A stretch of 64,000 bases of DNA from Malacoraja senta (lineage: Eukaryota), in NCBI GenBank assembly GCA_038087875.1, contig JAXLNO010002078.1, positions 1 to 64,000 of the forward strand, in the 5' to 3' direction. Positions 24,529-36,898 of the stretch are shown here, in pieces. Positions within the stretch are counted from its first letter, which is position 1; every line of letters starts with the position of its first letter. Position numbers and translations under genes: made by a program. The notes under the pieces are model-generated. The model did no database searches. It had not been told where the DNA came from and saw nothing but the letters and a program-made list of their open reading frames with translations.

Positions 24529-26185
24529 GTTGGATGATCAGCCATGATCATATTGAATGGCGGTGCAGGCTCGAAGGGCCGAATGGGCTACTCCTGCACC
24601 TATTTTCTATGTATCTATGTATCTACTAACTCAATTTTGTTTGTTCTCGGGATATAGAATTAATTGGAATAAAAGCGAAATCATGCCAATAACGGATCAC
24701 AATTTACATACATTGCAACAATCCCCCTTTAAAATAGTCCATAAAAAATATAAATATCTAGGAATTTATCTAACTAAGACATATACTTCTTTATTTAAAT
24801 TAAACTTCCCACCCTTACTGAATAAACTACATAAGAATATTCAGTATTAGAAACATAGAAAATAGGTGCAGGAGTAGGCCATTCGGCCCTTCGAGCCTGC
24901 ACCGCCATTCAATATGATCATAGCTGATCATCCAACTCAGTATCCTGTACCTGCTTTCTCTCCATACCCCCTGATCCATTTAGCCACAAGGGCCACATCT
25001 AACTCCCTCTTAAATATAGCCAATGAACTGGCCTCAACTACATTCTGTGGCAGAGAATTCCAGAGATTCTCCACTCTCTGAGTAAAAAATGTTTTTCCCA
25101 TCTCAGTCCTAAAAGACTTCCCCTTTATCCTTAAACTGTGACCCCTTGTTCTGGACTTCCCCAACATCAGGAACAATCTTCCTGCATCTAGCCTGTCCAA
25201 CCCCTTAAGAATTTTGTAAGTTTCTATAAGATCCCCCCTCAATCTTCTAAATTCTAGCGAGTACAAGCCGAGTCTATCCAGTCTTTCTTCATATGAAAGT
25301 CCTGACATCCCAGGAATCAGTCTGGTGAACCTTCTCTGTACTCCCTCTATGGCAGATTGGGAGACCAAAACTGTACGCAATACTCCAGGTGTGGTCTCAC
25401 CAAGACCCTGTACAACTGCAGTAGAACCTCCCTGCTCCTATACTCAAATCCTTTTGCTATGAATGCTAACATACCATTCGCCTTCTTCACTGCCTGCTGC
25501 ACCTGCATGCCTACTTTCAATGACTGGTGTACCATGACACCCAGGTCTCGTTGCATCTCTCCTTTTCCTAATCGGCCACCATTCAGGTAATAGTCTACTT
25601 TCCTGTTTTTGCCACCAAAGTGGATACCCTCACATTTATCCACATTATACTGCATCTGCCATGCATTTGCCCACTCACCCAGCCTATCAAAGTCATCTTG
25701 CAGCCTCCTTGCATCCTCCTCACAACTAACACTGCCCCCCAGCTTCGTGTCATCCGCAAACTTGGAGATGTTGCATTCAATTCCCTCGTCCAAATCATTA
25801 ATATATATTGTAAATAGCTGGGATCCCAGCACTGAGCCTTGCGGTACCCCACTAGTTACTGCCTGCCATTCTGAAAAGGACCCGTTAACTCCTACTCTTT
25901 GCTCCCTGTCTGAATTTCTCCCAGTCCTCTAGGCTGCTTTTTTCTGGCTAATTTGTATGCTTCATCTTTTGTTTTGATACTATCCCTGATTTCCCTTGCT
26001 ATCCACGGATGCACTACCTTCGCTGATTTATTCTTTTGCCAAACTGGGATGAACAATTGTTGCAGTTCATCCATGCAGCCTTTAAATGCCTTCCATTGCA
26101 TATCCACCGTCAACCCATTAAGAATCAATTGTCAGTCTATCTTGGCCAATTCACGTCTCATACCCTCAAAGTTACCTTTCTTTAA

Positions 26186-26302
26186 TCAGTCTGAAGAAGG
26201 GACATCAGTCTGAAGAAGGGTTTCGGCCCAAACCTTTGCCAATTTCCTTCGTTGCATAGATGCTGCTGCACCCGCTGAGTTTCTCTAGCATTTTTGTGTA
26301 CC
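26186..26302 (+). mobile_element. Short hammerhead-core element with TSD
   Basis: TTCTTTAA is duplicated (26178-26185 / 26304-26311). The insert starts TCAGTCTGAAGAAGGG and ends TTTTTGTGTAC. Confidence 0.8.
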
Positions 26303-26425
26303 GTTCTTTAAGTTCAGAACCCTTGTTTCTGAATTAATTATGTCACTCTCCATCCTAATGAAGAACTCAACCATATTATGGTCACTCTTGCCCAAGGGGC
26401 CACGCACAACAAGACTGCTAACTAA

Positions 26426-26512
26426 GAAGGGTTTCGGCCCGAAACGTTGCCTATTTCCTTCGCTCCATAGATGCTGCTGCACCCGCTGAGTTTCTCCAGC
26501 ATTTTTGTGTAC
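26426..26512 (+). mobile_element. Short hammerhead-core element with 11-bp TSD
   Basis: CTGCTAACTAA is duplicated (26415-26425 / 26513-26523). Insert is GAAGGGTTTCGGCCCGAAACGTT...TTTTTGTGTAC. Confidence 0.85.
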
Positions 26513-27835
26513 CTGCTAACTAACCCTCATTACTCAATACCCAGTCTAGAATAGCCTGTTCTCTCGTTGGTTCATCTACATGTTGGTTTAGAAAACTATC
26601 CCGCATACATTCCAAGAAATCCTCTTCCTCAGCACCCCTGCCGATTTGATTCACCCCATCTATATGTAGATTGAAGTCACCCATTATAAATGTTTTACCT
26701 TTGTTGCACGCATTTTTAATTTCCTGTTTGATGCCATCCCCAACTCCACTACTACTGTTAGGTGGCCTGTACACAACTCCCACTAGCGTTTTCTGCCCCT
26801 TAGTGTTTTGCAGCTCTACCCATATTGATTCCACATCCTCCAAGCTAATGTCCTTCCTTTCTATTGCGTTAATCTCCTCCCTAACCAGCAACGCTACCCC
26901 ACCTATTGGAAAACACTCCCTATTTCAATGTTTGGTAGAATTAATGCTATAAAAATGAGTTTTCTACCGCAATTATTGTACCTCTTTCAATCAATATATC
27001 TCCCGCCCCCCCAATTTTTTTTAAAAAGTTGATTCCATTGTCACAAGCTTTATTTGGGATTATAAGAATCATAGAATAAGCAAAAAACATTTATGTAAAT
27101 CAAAGACAAATGGAGGTTTAGCTTTACCAAATTTTTTGTTTTATTTCTGGGCAATCAATATTAAAAATATGAACTTCTGGTTGGAAGAAATGGATCAGTA
27201 ACCAGACTGGTTGAAGATGGAAAATGAAGACTGCTTACCTTTGGTTTAATTTTTTTTGCTCCACAAAATTGAACAAAAAAACCTATAGTGAAAACCCTAT
27301 AATATATAGTGGTTTACGAATTTGGAAACAATTAAAAAAGACTTTAAAATTGGATAACTTATCACTATTACTTCCCATTGTAAATAATCCTTTATTCAAC
27401 CCCTCTGTGTTGGATAAAGGTTTTATACAATGGAAAAATCATGGAATTAAAAAGATGGGACATCTCTATAGGAAAGGCACTTTTCTTTCATTTCAGGAGT
27501 TACAACAGATTCATGGACTACACTCAAATAACTTTTTCAGATTATAGAACTAGAGAACCAGAAACTCTTGATGAATGTTTGAATAAACATCCTAATACAG
27601 AAAAATTAATATCTCATTTATAATACCCTCTTAGACAGTGAGGTCCCGCCGACGGAATTATATAGACAAACATGGGAAAATGAATTAGGCCAACCTATAA
27701 CGAAAGATATTTGGGACGAAAGTCTACAACATATACATCAATGCTCGTTAAATGCCAGACACTCTTTAATACAATTTAAAGCATTACATAGACTACATTA
27801 CTCTAAAACAAAATTAAATAGAATCTTCCCACATA

Positions 27836-30266
27836 CAGGGCTCGAAATTAGCAGTTGCCCGGGTGCCATTGATCACTCAAAGCGCCGACGGGCAACCTAA
27901 ACATAGAGTCATTTTGCCCGGCTTGGCAACCAGATACTGGTTTGTACCGAAGATAGACACAAAAAACTGGAGTAACTCCGCGGGTCAGGCAGCATCTCTG
28001 TAGAAAAGGAACGCGACGTTTCGTGTCAGAGGCGGCTGTGCGGGGCAAATATACTAGGTGCGGGGTGAGGAAGGGTCGGAGCGAATGACGGGCCCCGAAC
28101 AGCGGCAGCAGCGGCCGCGACAGCGGCTCCATCTCCTCCTCCTCCTGCCCCGTGCCCGTCCTGATAAGGGCCTCTGCTTGTAAATCAGAGGCCCTTATCA
28201 GGGGGGGGCGGGGGCGGGAGGAGGAGGAGGAGTAGATGGAGCCGCTGCTGCTGCCGCTGTGCGGGGCCCGTCATTCGCTCCGACACGTCTGAAGCAGCTG
28301 CACCAAAGATCTTATAGCTATAGGATCTCTGAGCTGCATCGCCCAGCCCCGCACCTTGCTGTTGGCTGGCGGAGGAGGGAGGCGGTGGCGAGGAGTTCCC
28401 AACGGCCAAGGCAGCGGGGTGATGTTGTCCAAGGAGCGCTGACCTTCCTTCCTCCCCACCTCGCCCCCCCCTCCCTCTCTCTCTCTCCCTCTCTCTTGTA
28501 CGCCCCCTCCACCCCCCCCCCTATCCTGGGACCCCTCCACTCCATCCTGCACTGATCCCCATTCCCGCCTCTATTCAGCCCTCACTGACATCCACTGTGC
28601 TCCCCTCCCCATCTACCCCCCCCCCCATCTATTCATCCTGCGCTGATCACCCTATCCACCTCGCATTGATTCTTCTGCCACCCCCCCCCATCCATCCTAC
28701 ATTGGTTCCCCAATTCATCCTGTACTTACCCCTTTCCCGTCCATCCTGTACTTCTCCTCCATCCATCCTGTACTGATCCCCATCCATCCTGTACTAATCC
28801 ACGCATTCATCCCGTACTGACCCACCCTCCATTTACCCTGCACCTTCCCCTCTTCCCCTCATTCATCCTGTAGTGATCCCCCATTCATCTTGCACAGACC
28901 CTCCGATCCACACTGTACTGACCCCCCCATTCATCCTGCGCTGATCTCCCCCCCATCCATCCTGTACTGATCCTCCCATTCAAGAAGAATGGGGGGAACA
29001 GTCTGAAGAAGGGTCTCGACCCGAAATGTTGCCTATTTCCTTCGCTCCATAGATGCTGCCTCACCCACTGAGTTTCTCCAGCACTTTTGTCTACCCTCAT
29101 CCATCCCGTACTGAACCCCCCATTCAACACCACTGACATCCCTGGTTCTCCCTCACAATTTTACCTACTCCAACCAACACGTACTAATTCACCTGCCTCA
29201 ATCCATCCATTCTGCACCAACTGCCTTCTAACCCCCCCCCCCCCCCCCTACCCCAGCCATCTATCCACCCCGCACTGATTCACACACACACCCCTCCCTG
29301 ACCCTATTGTGCTGGAAATGTCTTCAGAGCGAACATTGACTATGTTTGATAACGGAATGCAATCAAATGTGTTTTAATTCCCAGTGTTATTATTTGTTTT
29401 AATCCATAAAGATGGATTAATTAAATTGTGAACACGTGAAACATTAAAACCACAGTGTTCGATTGTCACTGCTGCCGTTGACACGTTATTACAGAATTCA
29501 TTTTAACGGCAAATTAATGCTCTTAATGTTCGGCACGGACTTGAAGGGCCGAGATGGCCTGTTTCCGTGCTGTTATGGTTATATGGTTATATGGTTATAT
29601 GGTTAATATGGAGTATCAGTACTGTAGTTATTTAATGAGCAACATTCACAACTATACGCACGCATTTATGTTACCATGGTCCAGGATTTATTGACTCAGG
29701 TTGGTCATACGATGAATAATCCAACCACATTTTTGTTTGGAAGTGGAAAGAACTAATAGAAATTGCATTAATTGCAATGTGTAAAAAGAGTTGAGATAGA
29801 AAGAGTTGTGAAAAAGAGCCTTATAATTTTGCTGCGTGTCATTGTGGGATGTATCATGTCATGATTGGTGAATTTGTTTAGTTTGTGACTTTATTTGAAG
29901 CAGAAATAATATGTGAATGCTTCATTGAGTATAATTCCGACTGGTAACTATGCAATGTGTAAAAAGAGTTGAGATAGAAAGAGTTGTGAAAAAGAGCCTT
30001 ATAATTTTGCTGCGTGTCATTGTGGGATGTATCATGTCTTGATTGGTGAATATGTTTAGTTTGTGACTTTATTTGAAGCAGAAATAATATGTGAATGCTT
30101 CATTGAGTATAATTCCAACTGGTAACTATGCACTTCGTCTGAGCACATTATCGCACGCGTCATGCAAGCCGTCTTAAATGACCACCTAAACTGTCATTTG
30201 GCAACCTATAAAGCTGCCAAGGTTGCCCGGCTGGCAACAGGGGGAAAAGGTTAAGCGAGAGCCCTG
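27836..30266. mobile_element. Non-autonomous hAT-like DNA transposon, copy C, inserted in L1 ORF2
   Basis: Ends are CAGGGCTC...GAGCCCTG with subterminal GGCAAC/GTTGCC repeats. Flanks ACATA/ATATA give a 5-bp TSD with 1 mismatch. L1 ORF2 (..RIFPH | MSPICDK..) is split exactly here. Confidence 0.85.
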
Positions 30267-30711
30267 ATATATGTCTCCTATTTGTGATAAATGTCAGCAT
30301 TTAGAGGCTAACTTAACTCATACCTTTGTAAACTGTATAAAAATCAAAAATTTCTGGACGGATATTTTTAGAATAATTTCTGAAGTTGCCAATACCCAAT
30401 TGGATCCCGACTCAAAACTAATAATATTAGGAATATCGGAACAAAGCCTAAGACTTACAACAAGCCAAAGAAACTTTCTTGATTATAGTATAATAACTGG
30501 GTAAAATTAATATTACAATTTTGGAAAGGTCCTTTAACCCCCAAAATTAAAATGTGGATTATGGAAATGTCGGAGACCTTACATTTGGAAACAACTAGCC
30601 TTGTCTTAATTGACAAACAAGAATTAATTGTTCGAATATGGTCTCCATTTATTGAATTTTTGAAAGGGTAAATTGGTCCAGCAAGGGAATCTGACTGAAG
30701 CTCGAACGATG

Positions 30712-33700
30712 TAACAATTACAGCACGGAAACAGGCCATCTCGACCCTTCTACACGGGCTGAACACGTATTCTCCCCTAGTCCCATATACCTGCGCTCAG
30801 ACCATAACCCTCCATTCCTTTCCCGTCCATATAACTATCCAATTTATTTTTAAATGATAAAAACGAACCTGCCTCCACCACCTTCACTGGAAGCTCATTC
30901 CACACAGCCACCACTCTCTGGGTAAAGAAGTTCCCCCTCATGTTACCCCTAAACTTCTGTCCCTTAATTCTCAAGTCATGTCCCCTTGTTTGAATCTTCC
31001 CTACTCTCAGTGGGAAAAGCTTATCCACGTCAACTCTGTCTATCCCTCTCATCATTTTAAAGACCTCTATCAAGTCCCCCCTTAACCTTCTGCGCTCCAA
31101 AGAATAAAGCCCTAACTTGTTCAACCTTTCTCTGTAACTTAGTTGCTGAAACCCAGGCAACATTCAAGTAAATCTCCTCTGTACTCTCTCTATTTTGTTG
31201 ACATCCTTCCTATAATTAGGCGACCAAAATTGTACACCATACTCCAGAATTGGCCTCACCAATGCCTTGTACAATTTTAACATTACATCCCAACTTCTAT
31301 ACTCAATGCTCTGATTTATAAAAGCCAGCACACCAAAAGCTTTCTTTACCACCCTATCTACATGAGATTCCACTTTCAGGGAACTGTGCACAGTTATTCC
31401 AAGATCCCTCTGTTCACCTGCATTCTTCAATTCCCTACCATTTACCATGTAGGTCCTATTTTGATTTGTCCTGCCAAGATGTAGCACCTCACACTTATCA
31501 GCATTAAACTCCATCTGCCATCTTTCAGCCCACTCTTCCAACCGGCATAAATCTCTCTGTAGACTTTGAAAATCTACTTCATTATCCACAGCCCCACCTA
31601 TCTTAGTATCATCTGCATACTTACTAATCCAATTTACCACACCATCATCCAGATCATTGATGTACATGACAAACAACAGTGGACCCAACACAGATCCCTG
31701 TGGCACCCCACTAGTCACTGGCCTCCAACCTGACAAACAACCATCCACCATTACTCTCTGGCATCTCCCATTCAGCCACTGTTGAATCCATCTTGCTACT
31801 CCACCATTAATACCCAACCATTGAACCTTCTTAACCAACCTTCCGTGAGGAACCTTGTCAAAGGCCTTACTGAAGTCCATATATAAAACATCCACGGCTT
31901 TACCCTCATCAATTTCCCGAGTAACCTCTTCAAAAAATTCAAGAAGATTAGTCAAACATGACCTTCCAGGCACAAATCCATGTTGATTGTTCCTAATCAG
32001 CCCCTGTTTATCCAGATGCTTATATATATTATCTCTAAGTATCCTTTCCATTAATTTGCCCACCACTGACGTCAAACTAACAGGTTTATAATTGCTAGGT
32101 TTACTCTTAGACCCATTTTTAAACAATGGAACAACATGCGCAGTACGCCAATCCTCCGGCACTATTGCCGTTTCCAATGACATTTGAAATATTTCTGTCA
32201 TAGCCCCTGCTATTTCTACACTAACTTCCCTCAATGTCCTAGGGAATATCCTGTCCGGACCTGGAGACTTATCCACTTTTATATTTCTCAAAAGTGTCAG
32301 TACTTCCTCTTCTTTGAATCTCATAGTTTCCATAGCTACTCTACTTGTTTCCCTTACCTCACATAATTCAATATCCTTCTCCTTGGTGAATACCGAAGAA
32401 AAGAAATTGTTCAGTATCTCCCCCATCTCTTTTGGCTCTGCAGATAGCTGTCCACTCTGACTCTCTAATGGACCAATTTTATCCCTCGTTATCCTTTTGC
32501 TATTAATATAGCTGTAGAAACCGTTTGGATTTACTTTCACCTTACTTGCCAAAGCAACCTCATATCTTCTTTTAGCTTTTCTAATTTCTTTCTTAAGACA
32601 CTTTTTACATTTTTTATACTCCTCAAGCACCTCATTTACTCCATGCTGCCTATAATTATTGTAGATCTCTCTCTTTTTCCGAACTAAGTGTCCAATTTCC
32701 CTTGAAAACCATGGCTCTTTCCAATTTTTACTATTTCCTTTCAACCGAACAGGGACATAATGATTCTGTACTCTTAAAATTTCACCTTTAAATGTCCTCC
32801 ATTTCTCTTCCACATCTTTCCCAATTTACTCCTTTTAAATCCTTTCGCATCTCCTCAAAGTTAGCCTTTCTCCAATCAAAAATCTCAACCCTAGGTCCAG
32901 TTCTGACCCTCTCCATAATTATATTGAAACTAATGGTATTGTGATCACTGGTCCCGAACTGTTCTCCAACGCATACCTCTGCCACCTGACCCGTCTCATT
33001 TCCTAACAGGAGGTCCAGCACCGCCCCTTCTCTAGTAGGTACTTCTATGTATTGCTGCAAAAAACTATCCTGCACACATTTTACAAACTCCAACCCATCC
33101 AGCCCATTTACAGAATGTGTTTCCCAGTCTATGTGTGGAAAATTGAAATCTCCCACAATCACTACATTGTGCTTACTACTAATATCTGCAATCTCCTTAC
33201 ATATTTGCTCCTCCAATTCTCGCTCCCCATTTGGCGGTCTATAATACACCCCTATGAGTGTTGCTACCCCTTTCCCATTTCTCAGTTCCACCCAAATAGT
33301 CTCCCTAGAAGAGCCCTCTAATCTATCCTGCCAAAGCACTGCTGTAATATCTTCCCTGATAAGCAATGCAACACCTCCACCTCTTGCCCCTCCAATTCTA
33401 TCACACCTGCAGCAACGAAATCCTGGAATATTTAGTTTCCAATCACAGCCCTCCTGCAACCATGTTTCACTGATCGCCACAACATCATACTTCCAGGTGT
33501 CAATCCAGGCTTTAAGTTCATCCACCTTTCTTACAATGCTCCTAGCATTAAAATATACACATTTAAGAAACCCACCCTCTCTTATTCTCTGTTTATTGTC
33601 TTTTTCTTCTCTCTCCCCTACATTTTGGGTCAGAGTGCTTCCATTCTCTGCCTCCTGCCTCACACACTGACTGCTAGCTTTCCCAATTTGAGTCCCTCCC

Positions 33701-34490
33701 CCCAACCATACTAGTTTAAAGTCTCCCCAGTAGCCTTTGCAAATCTACCCGCCAGGATATTGGTCCCCCTCGAGTTCAAGTGCAACCCATCCTTTCTGTA
33801 CAGGTCGCACCTTCCCCAAAAGAGGTCCCAATGATCCAGAAACTTGAATCCATACCCACTGCACCAGTCCCTCATCCACTCATTTATCCCCCACCTCGCT
33901 CCATTCCTACTCTCACTGTCGCGTGGCACAGGCAGTAATCCTGAGATTGTTACCTTTGCAGTCCTTCTCCTTAACTCTCTACCTAACTCCCTAAATTCTT
34001 CTTTCAGCCATGATCATATTGAATAGCGGTGCAGGCTCGAAGGGCCGAATGGCCTACTCCTGCACCTATTTTCTATGTATCTATGTAGGACCTCTTCTCT
34101 TTTTTTACCTATGTCGTTGGTACCTATATGTACCACAACCTCAGGCTCCTCTCCCTCCCATTTCAGGATTTCTTCGACACGTTCAGACACATCCCTGACC
34201 CTGGCACCAGGGAGGCAAACTACCATCCGGGTCTCCTGTCTGCGTCCGTTCGACCAATCAGAGGCTTCCCCCACACTCCTTCTCTGGAACGTTGCAGCTG
34301 CAGATGGAACGTTGCAGATTTGGGTTCCAACGGCTCCAGGTAACTCCTCCTCGCTCCAACGGCTCCCCGGGCCTCTGTAGAAGCAAGCCCCGCGCTGTTT
34401 TTCTACTCACAGCTCCAGGTAACTCCTCCTCGCTCCAACGGCTCCCCGGGCCTCTGTAGAAGCAAGCCCCGCGCTGTTTTTCTACTCAAA
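30712..34490 (-). mobile_element. CR1 LINE (family 2) with APE, RT, partial esterase ORF1 and probable 5'UTR
   Basis: ORFs 32788..33705 (APE), 31164..32813 (RT, YADD), 30777..31163 and 33711..33929 (esterase). A CR1 family-1 tail is inserted at ~34004-34084. A 79-bp tandem duplication lies at 34333-34488 in the presumed 5'UTR. Confidence 0.92.
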
Positions 34491-34873
34491 CGAAGGGTCT
34501 CGACCCGAAATGTCACCTGTTCCTTTGCTCCATATATGCTGCTTCACCTGCTGAGTTTTCCCAGCATTTTTGTCTACTCAGGATTAGATGAATAGTTATG
34601 CTTTATAACTTACGGACCTATCTCCAAAGTTGTATGGACTCCAAAGGTAAATGACTCCATTCTTATTTATCATGCCTTTTTTTTTCTCACTTAATATCTA
34701 TAAAAAAACAACTAAATAGAAGCAGAGTTAATATACAACTGATAAAGGAGGACCACTATTATTTTGATACCTGGATTCCCATCTATTAGCAATGTATGAT
34801 TGATAGAAATGTTTGTATTTTGATATGCACATGCTTCTAATAAAAATATTATATATAAAAAAAAGAGTATTGT

Positions 34874-35030
34874 TTAAGAAAGAACTGAAAAAATGCTAGA
34901 AAAATCTAAGGTAGACAAAAATGCTGGAAAAGCTCAGCACGTGAGGCAGCATCCATGGAGCGAAGGAGTAGGTGATGTTTTGCGTCGAGACCCTTCTTCA
35001 GTCTAAAGAAGGGTCTCGACCCGAAATGTA
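34874..35030. mobile_element. Head-to-head (palindromic) pair of the hammerhead-core element
   Basis: Minus copy (..GGTAGACAAAAATGCTGG..GAGACCCTTCTTCAG) abuts a plus copy (TCTAAAGAAGGGTCTCGACCCGAAATG); similar arrangement at ~1780-1930. Confidence 0.7.
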
Positions 35031-35193
35031 AAAGCATTGGAAACGTGATGTTAAAACTCTCTCTAAATGATTTTACATTTACTGATTATGCCGGGTTCTA
35101 TCTAGTGCCCCTTGACCAAAATATTTAGAAAAAAACATCATTTTGCCTCTTGTTGACATAGCTTGCATCGTACTAATCATGATTTCTTATTTA

Positions 35194-35850
35194 GAGCTCA
35201 AAATTCCAACCCGTGATCTGGGAATTTCAATTTTATTAATAAATGCATTCTGACGTAAAACGCTTCCGTTGGTGGTGACGCATGTCGATAGTTCACTGCT
35301 GCACTTCACGGAAGGGAATGTGTCATATCTGTTCTGGCCAGTACGCAACTACATACCTGTAGCAAAATGGCTCCAGACTAGTGTCAGTTTAGTTTGACTG
35401 TGCTCCAGTGAAGACTTTGAGGCGTTTCAGTAATTGATAGAAACTATCTGAAATAAATTAGTGGCTGACTCTCCAGCGACAGCAGAGCAAATCATAAATG
35501 GTTAGAAGTATCAAGGTCCCCCTCCTGCTGCAGATTGGGATGAAATTCTGCATTAGATGTATTTTCCCGTTTCATTTCAGAATCATTGGGGGAGGAAGAG
35601 AATGATTCATTCATTCATTGCCACTGACTGACCTGCACTGCCACTTGTCTTCTGAAGCAGCATCATGAGTCTAGTTCCACTCAGCTCACTCTCGTGTGCG
35701 CACTGTTTACACACTCAGTTACTTGGGCCACATGAGCTGATTTTGCTTTCAAACACTTATATTGTGGAGGGTGATAACGTTTGTGTCAGAATTGAAACTA
35801 TCAGAGCCCGGAGATCAAAGTCTTCAACTGCGTAGAAAGCAGAGTCATAA
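35194..35850 (+). repeat. Left arm of ~655-bp inverted duplication
   Basis: Reverse complement of 42561-43213 along its whole length with few differences. Confidence 0.92.
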
Positions 35851-36630
35851 GAAGGGTCTCAACCCGAAACGTCGCCTATTCCTTCGCTCCATAGATGCTG
35901 CCTCACCTGCTGAGTTTCTCCAGCATTTTTGTCTACCTTCGATTTTGCAGCATCTGCAGTTCCTTCTTAAACAAGAATCATACACACTGTGTATATCTGA
36001 CAGGAGACATAACATTTGTCAATGTAAGATGTTGTCTATTTCACAGCCCCTCCTTCTTTAAGCAAAATGGCAACCAAATTCCTTTAAAAAATAGTTATGT
36101 GCGTGGTATTAGTGTGGATGACAGTTGCTGCAGTGTCATCAGAAATTTGTAAGCCTAGTTTAACAGTGTACATTGTTCTTGCTTTGTGAATCTTGTTTTA
36201 ATCAGCAATGTGATATTGTTAAACATGTGTGTTTGCAGATGCTCAATCCCATCCCATATCAGTGACAGTCGTGTACTTCCACAATCGCGGTGTCGGGGGG
36301 AAATCACCTCATACGAAACCTGGCAGAATATGGATGCTCTCCATGCTGTAAAATATTGGTATCTTCCACAAGAGACATTTTGTATTGCTCATCCTTGGAT
36401 GATTATAACCAAACACGTCCATTCCTTGCAACATTCCTTCCATTCCCTGAATTTCTCCTTTGGACTGAGGTCTGGGTTAATAAATCTGTGGTGGTGGGTT
36501 AATAAATCTGTGGCAATTTGTGCTAACCACGGTTTTCACCCAAAGACAGTATAGGACAGGAGACCGGTTAGAGCCCTGGATCTTGCCTCACCAGTTTGCC
36601 TTTATTAGAGGGTCACCCCCCTTTGACTTC

Positions 36631-36725
36631 GAACTGACTGGGTTCGAGCAGGTCATCCGCATACAATGAGACTTTATGAGTTGTGTCAAACCGTGCAATA
36701 CCTTTAAAGCCCTTCTCTGCGTGTA
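36631..36725 (-). mobile_element. 95-bp L1-B RT fragment fused to a CR1 family-2 tail (~36730-36888, +)
   Basis: 93/95 identical to 15572-15666. Confidence 0.9.
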
Positions 36726-36898
36726 GATTGGATGGGGATATGGATGGGAAAGGAATGGAGGGTTATGGTCTGAGTGCAGGTACTGTAGATGGGACTAGGG
36801 GGAAGACAGAAGGAAAAAAAAATGTTCGGCACAGACTTGAAGGGCCGAGATGGCCTGTTTCCGTGCTGTAATGGTTATATGGTTATAATGCCGTCAGA

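Larger units (their letters stand above)
20479..24625 (+). mobile_element. Near full-length chimeric CR1 LINE inserted in L1-A RT
   Basis: ORF1 20511..21410, ORF2 21564..22889 plus 22966..24528 (one frameshift), CR1 3'UTR and TCTATG tail. L1-A resumes at 24626. Confidence 0.93.
24851..26905 (-). mobile_element. Internally deleted CR1 (family 1) inserted in L1-A
   Basis: ORFs 26520..26891 and 25892..26128 (APE and linker), 25347..25832 (FADD) and 24937..25380. TATT is shared at both junctions. Carries two short hammerhead-core insertions. Confidence 0.9.
4219..34863 (+). mobile_element. Full-length L1 (family A) fragmented by nested insertions
   Basis: 5' end GACTTCCGGTGG at 4219, then ORF1, RT pieces at ~19815-20478, 24626-24850, 26906-27835 and 30267-30700, 3'UTR ~34580-34855 and an A-tail. 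AGAGTAT lies at 4211-4217 and 34864-34870; removal restores CR1 codons TTA GAG TAT TGT. Linking ORF1 to the RT pieces relies on this TSD. Confidence 0.8.

Noticed and set aside
21660-25932. Numerous 60-150 aa ORFs antisense or out of frame to CR1 ORF2 (and similar ones across the window)
   Set aside because: Shadow frames of the LINE coding sequence, recurring in every copy.
29773-30128. 178-bp direct repeat as possible LTR pair; also 50-bp (43690-43786) and 79-bp (34333-34488) duplications
   Set aside because: Directly adjacent tandem duplications without TG..CA ends, PBS or internal region; ordinary local duplications.
36239-36470. Possible exon after TGTGTTTGCAG (DAQSHPISVTVV..)
   Set aside because: The phase-1 frame stops after ~37 codons and no frame shows Ig Cys/Trp spacing or another recognisable domain.
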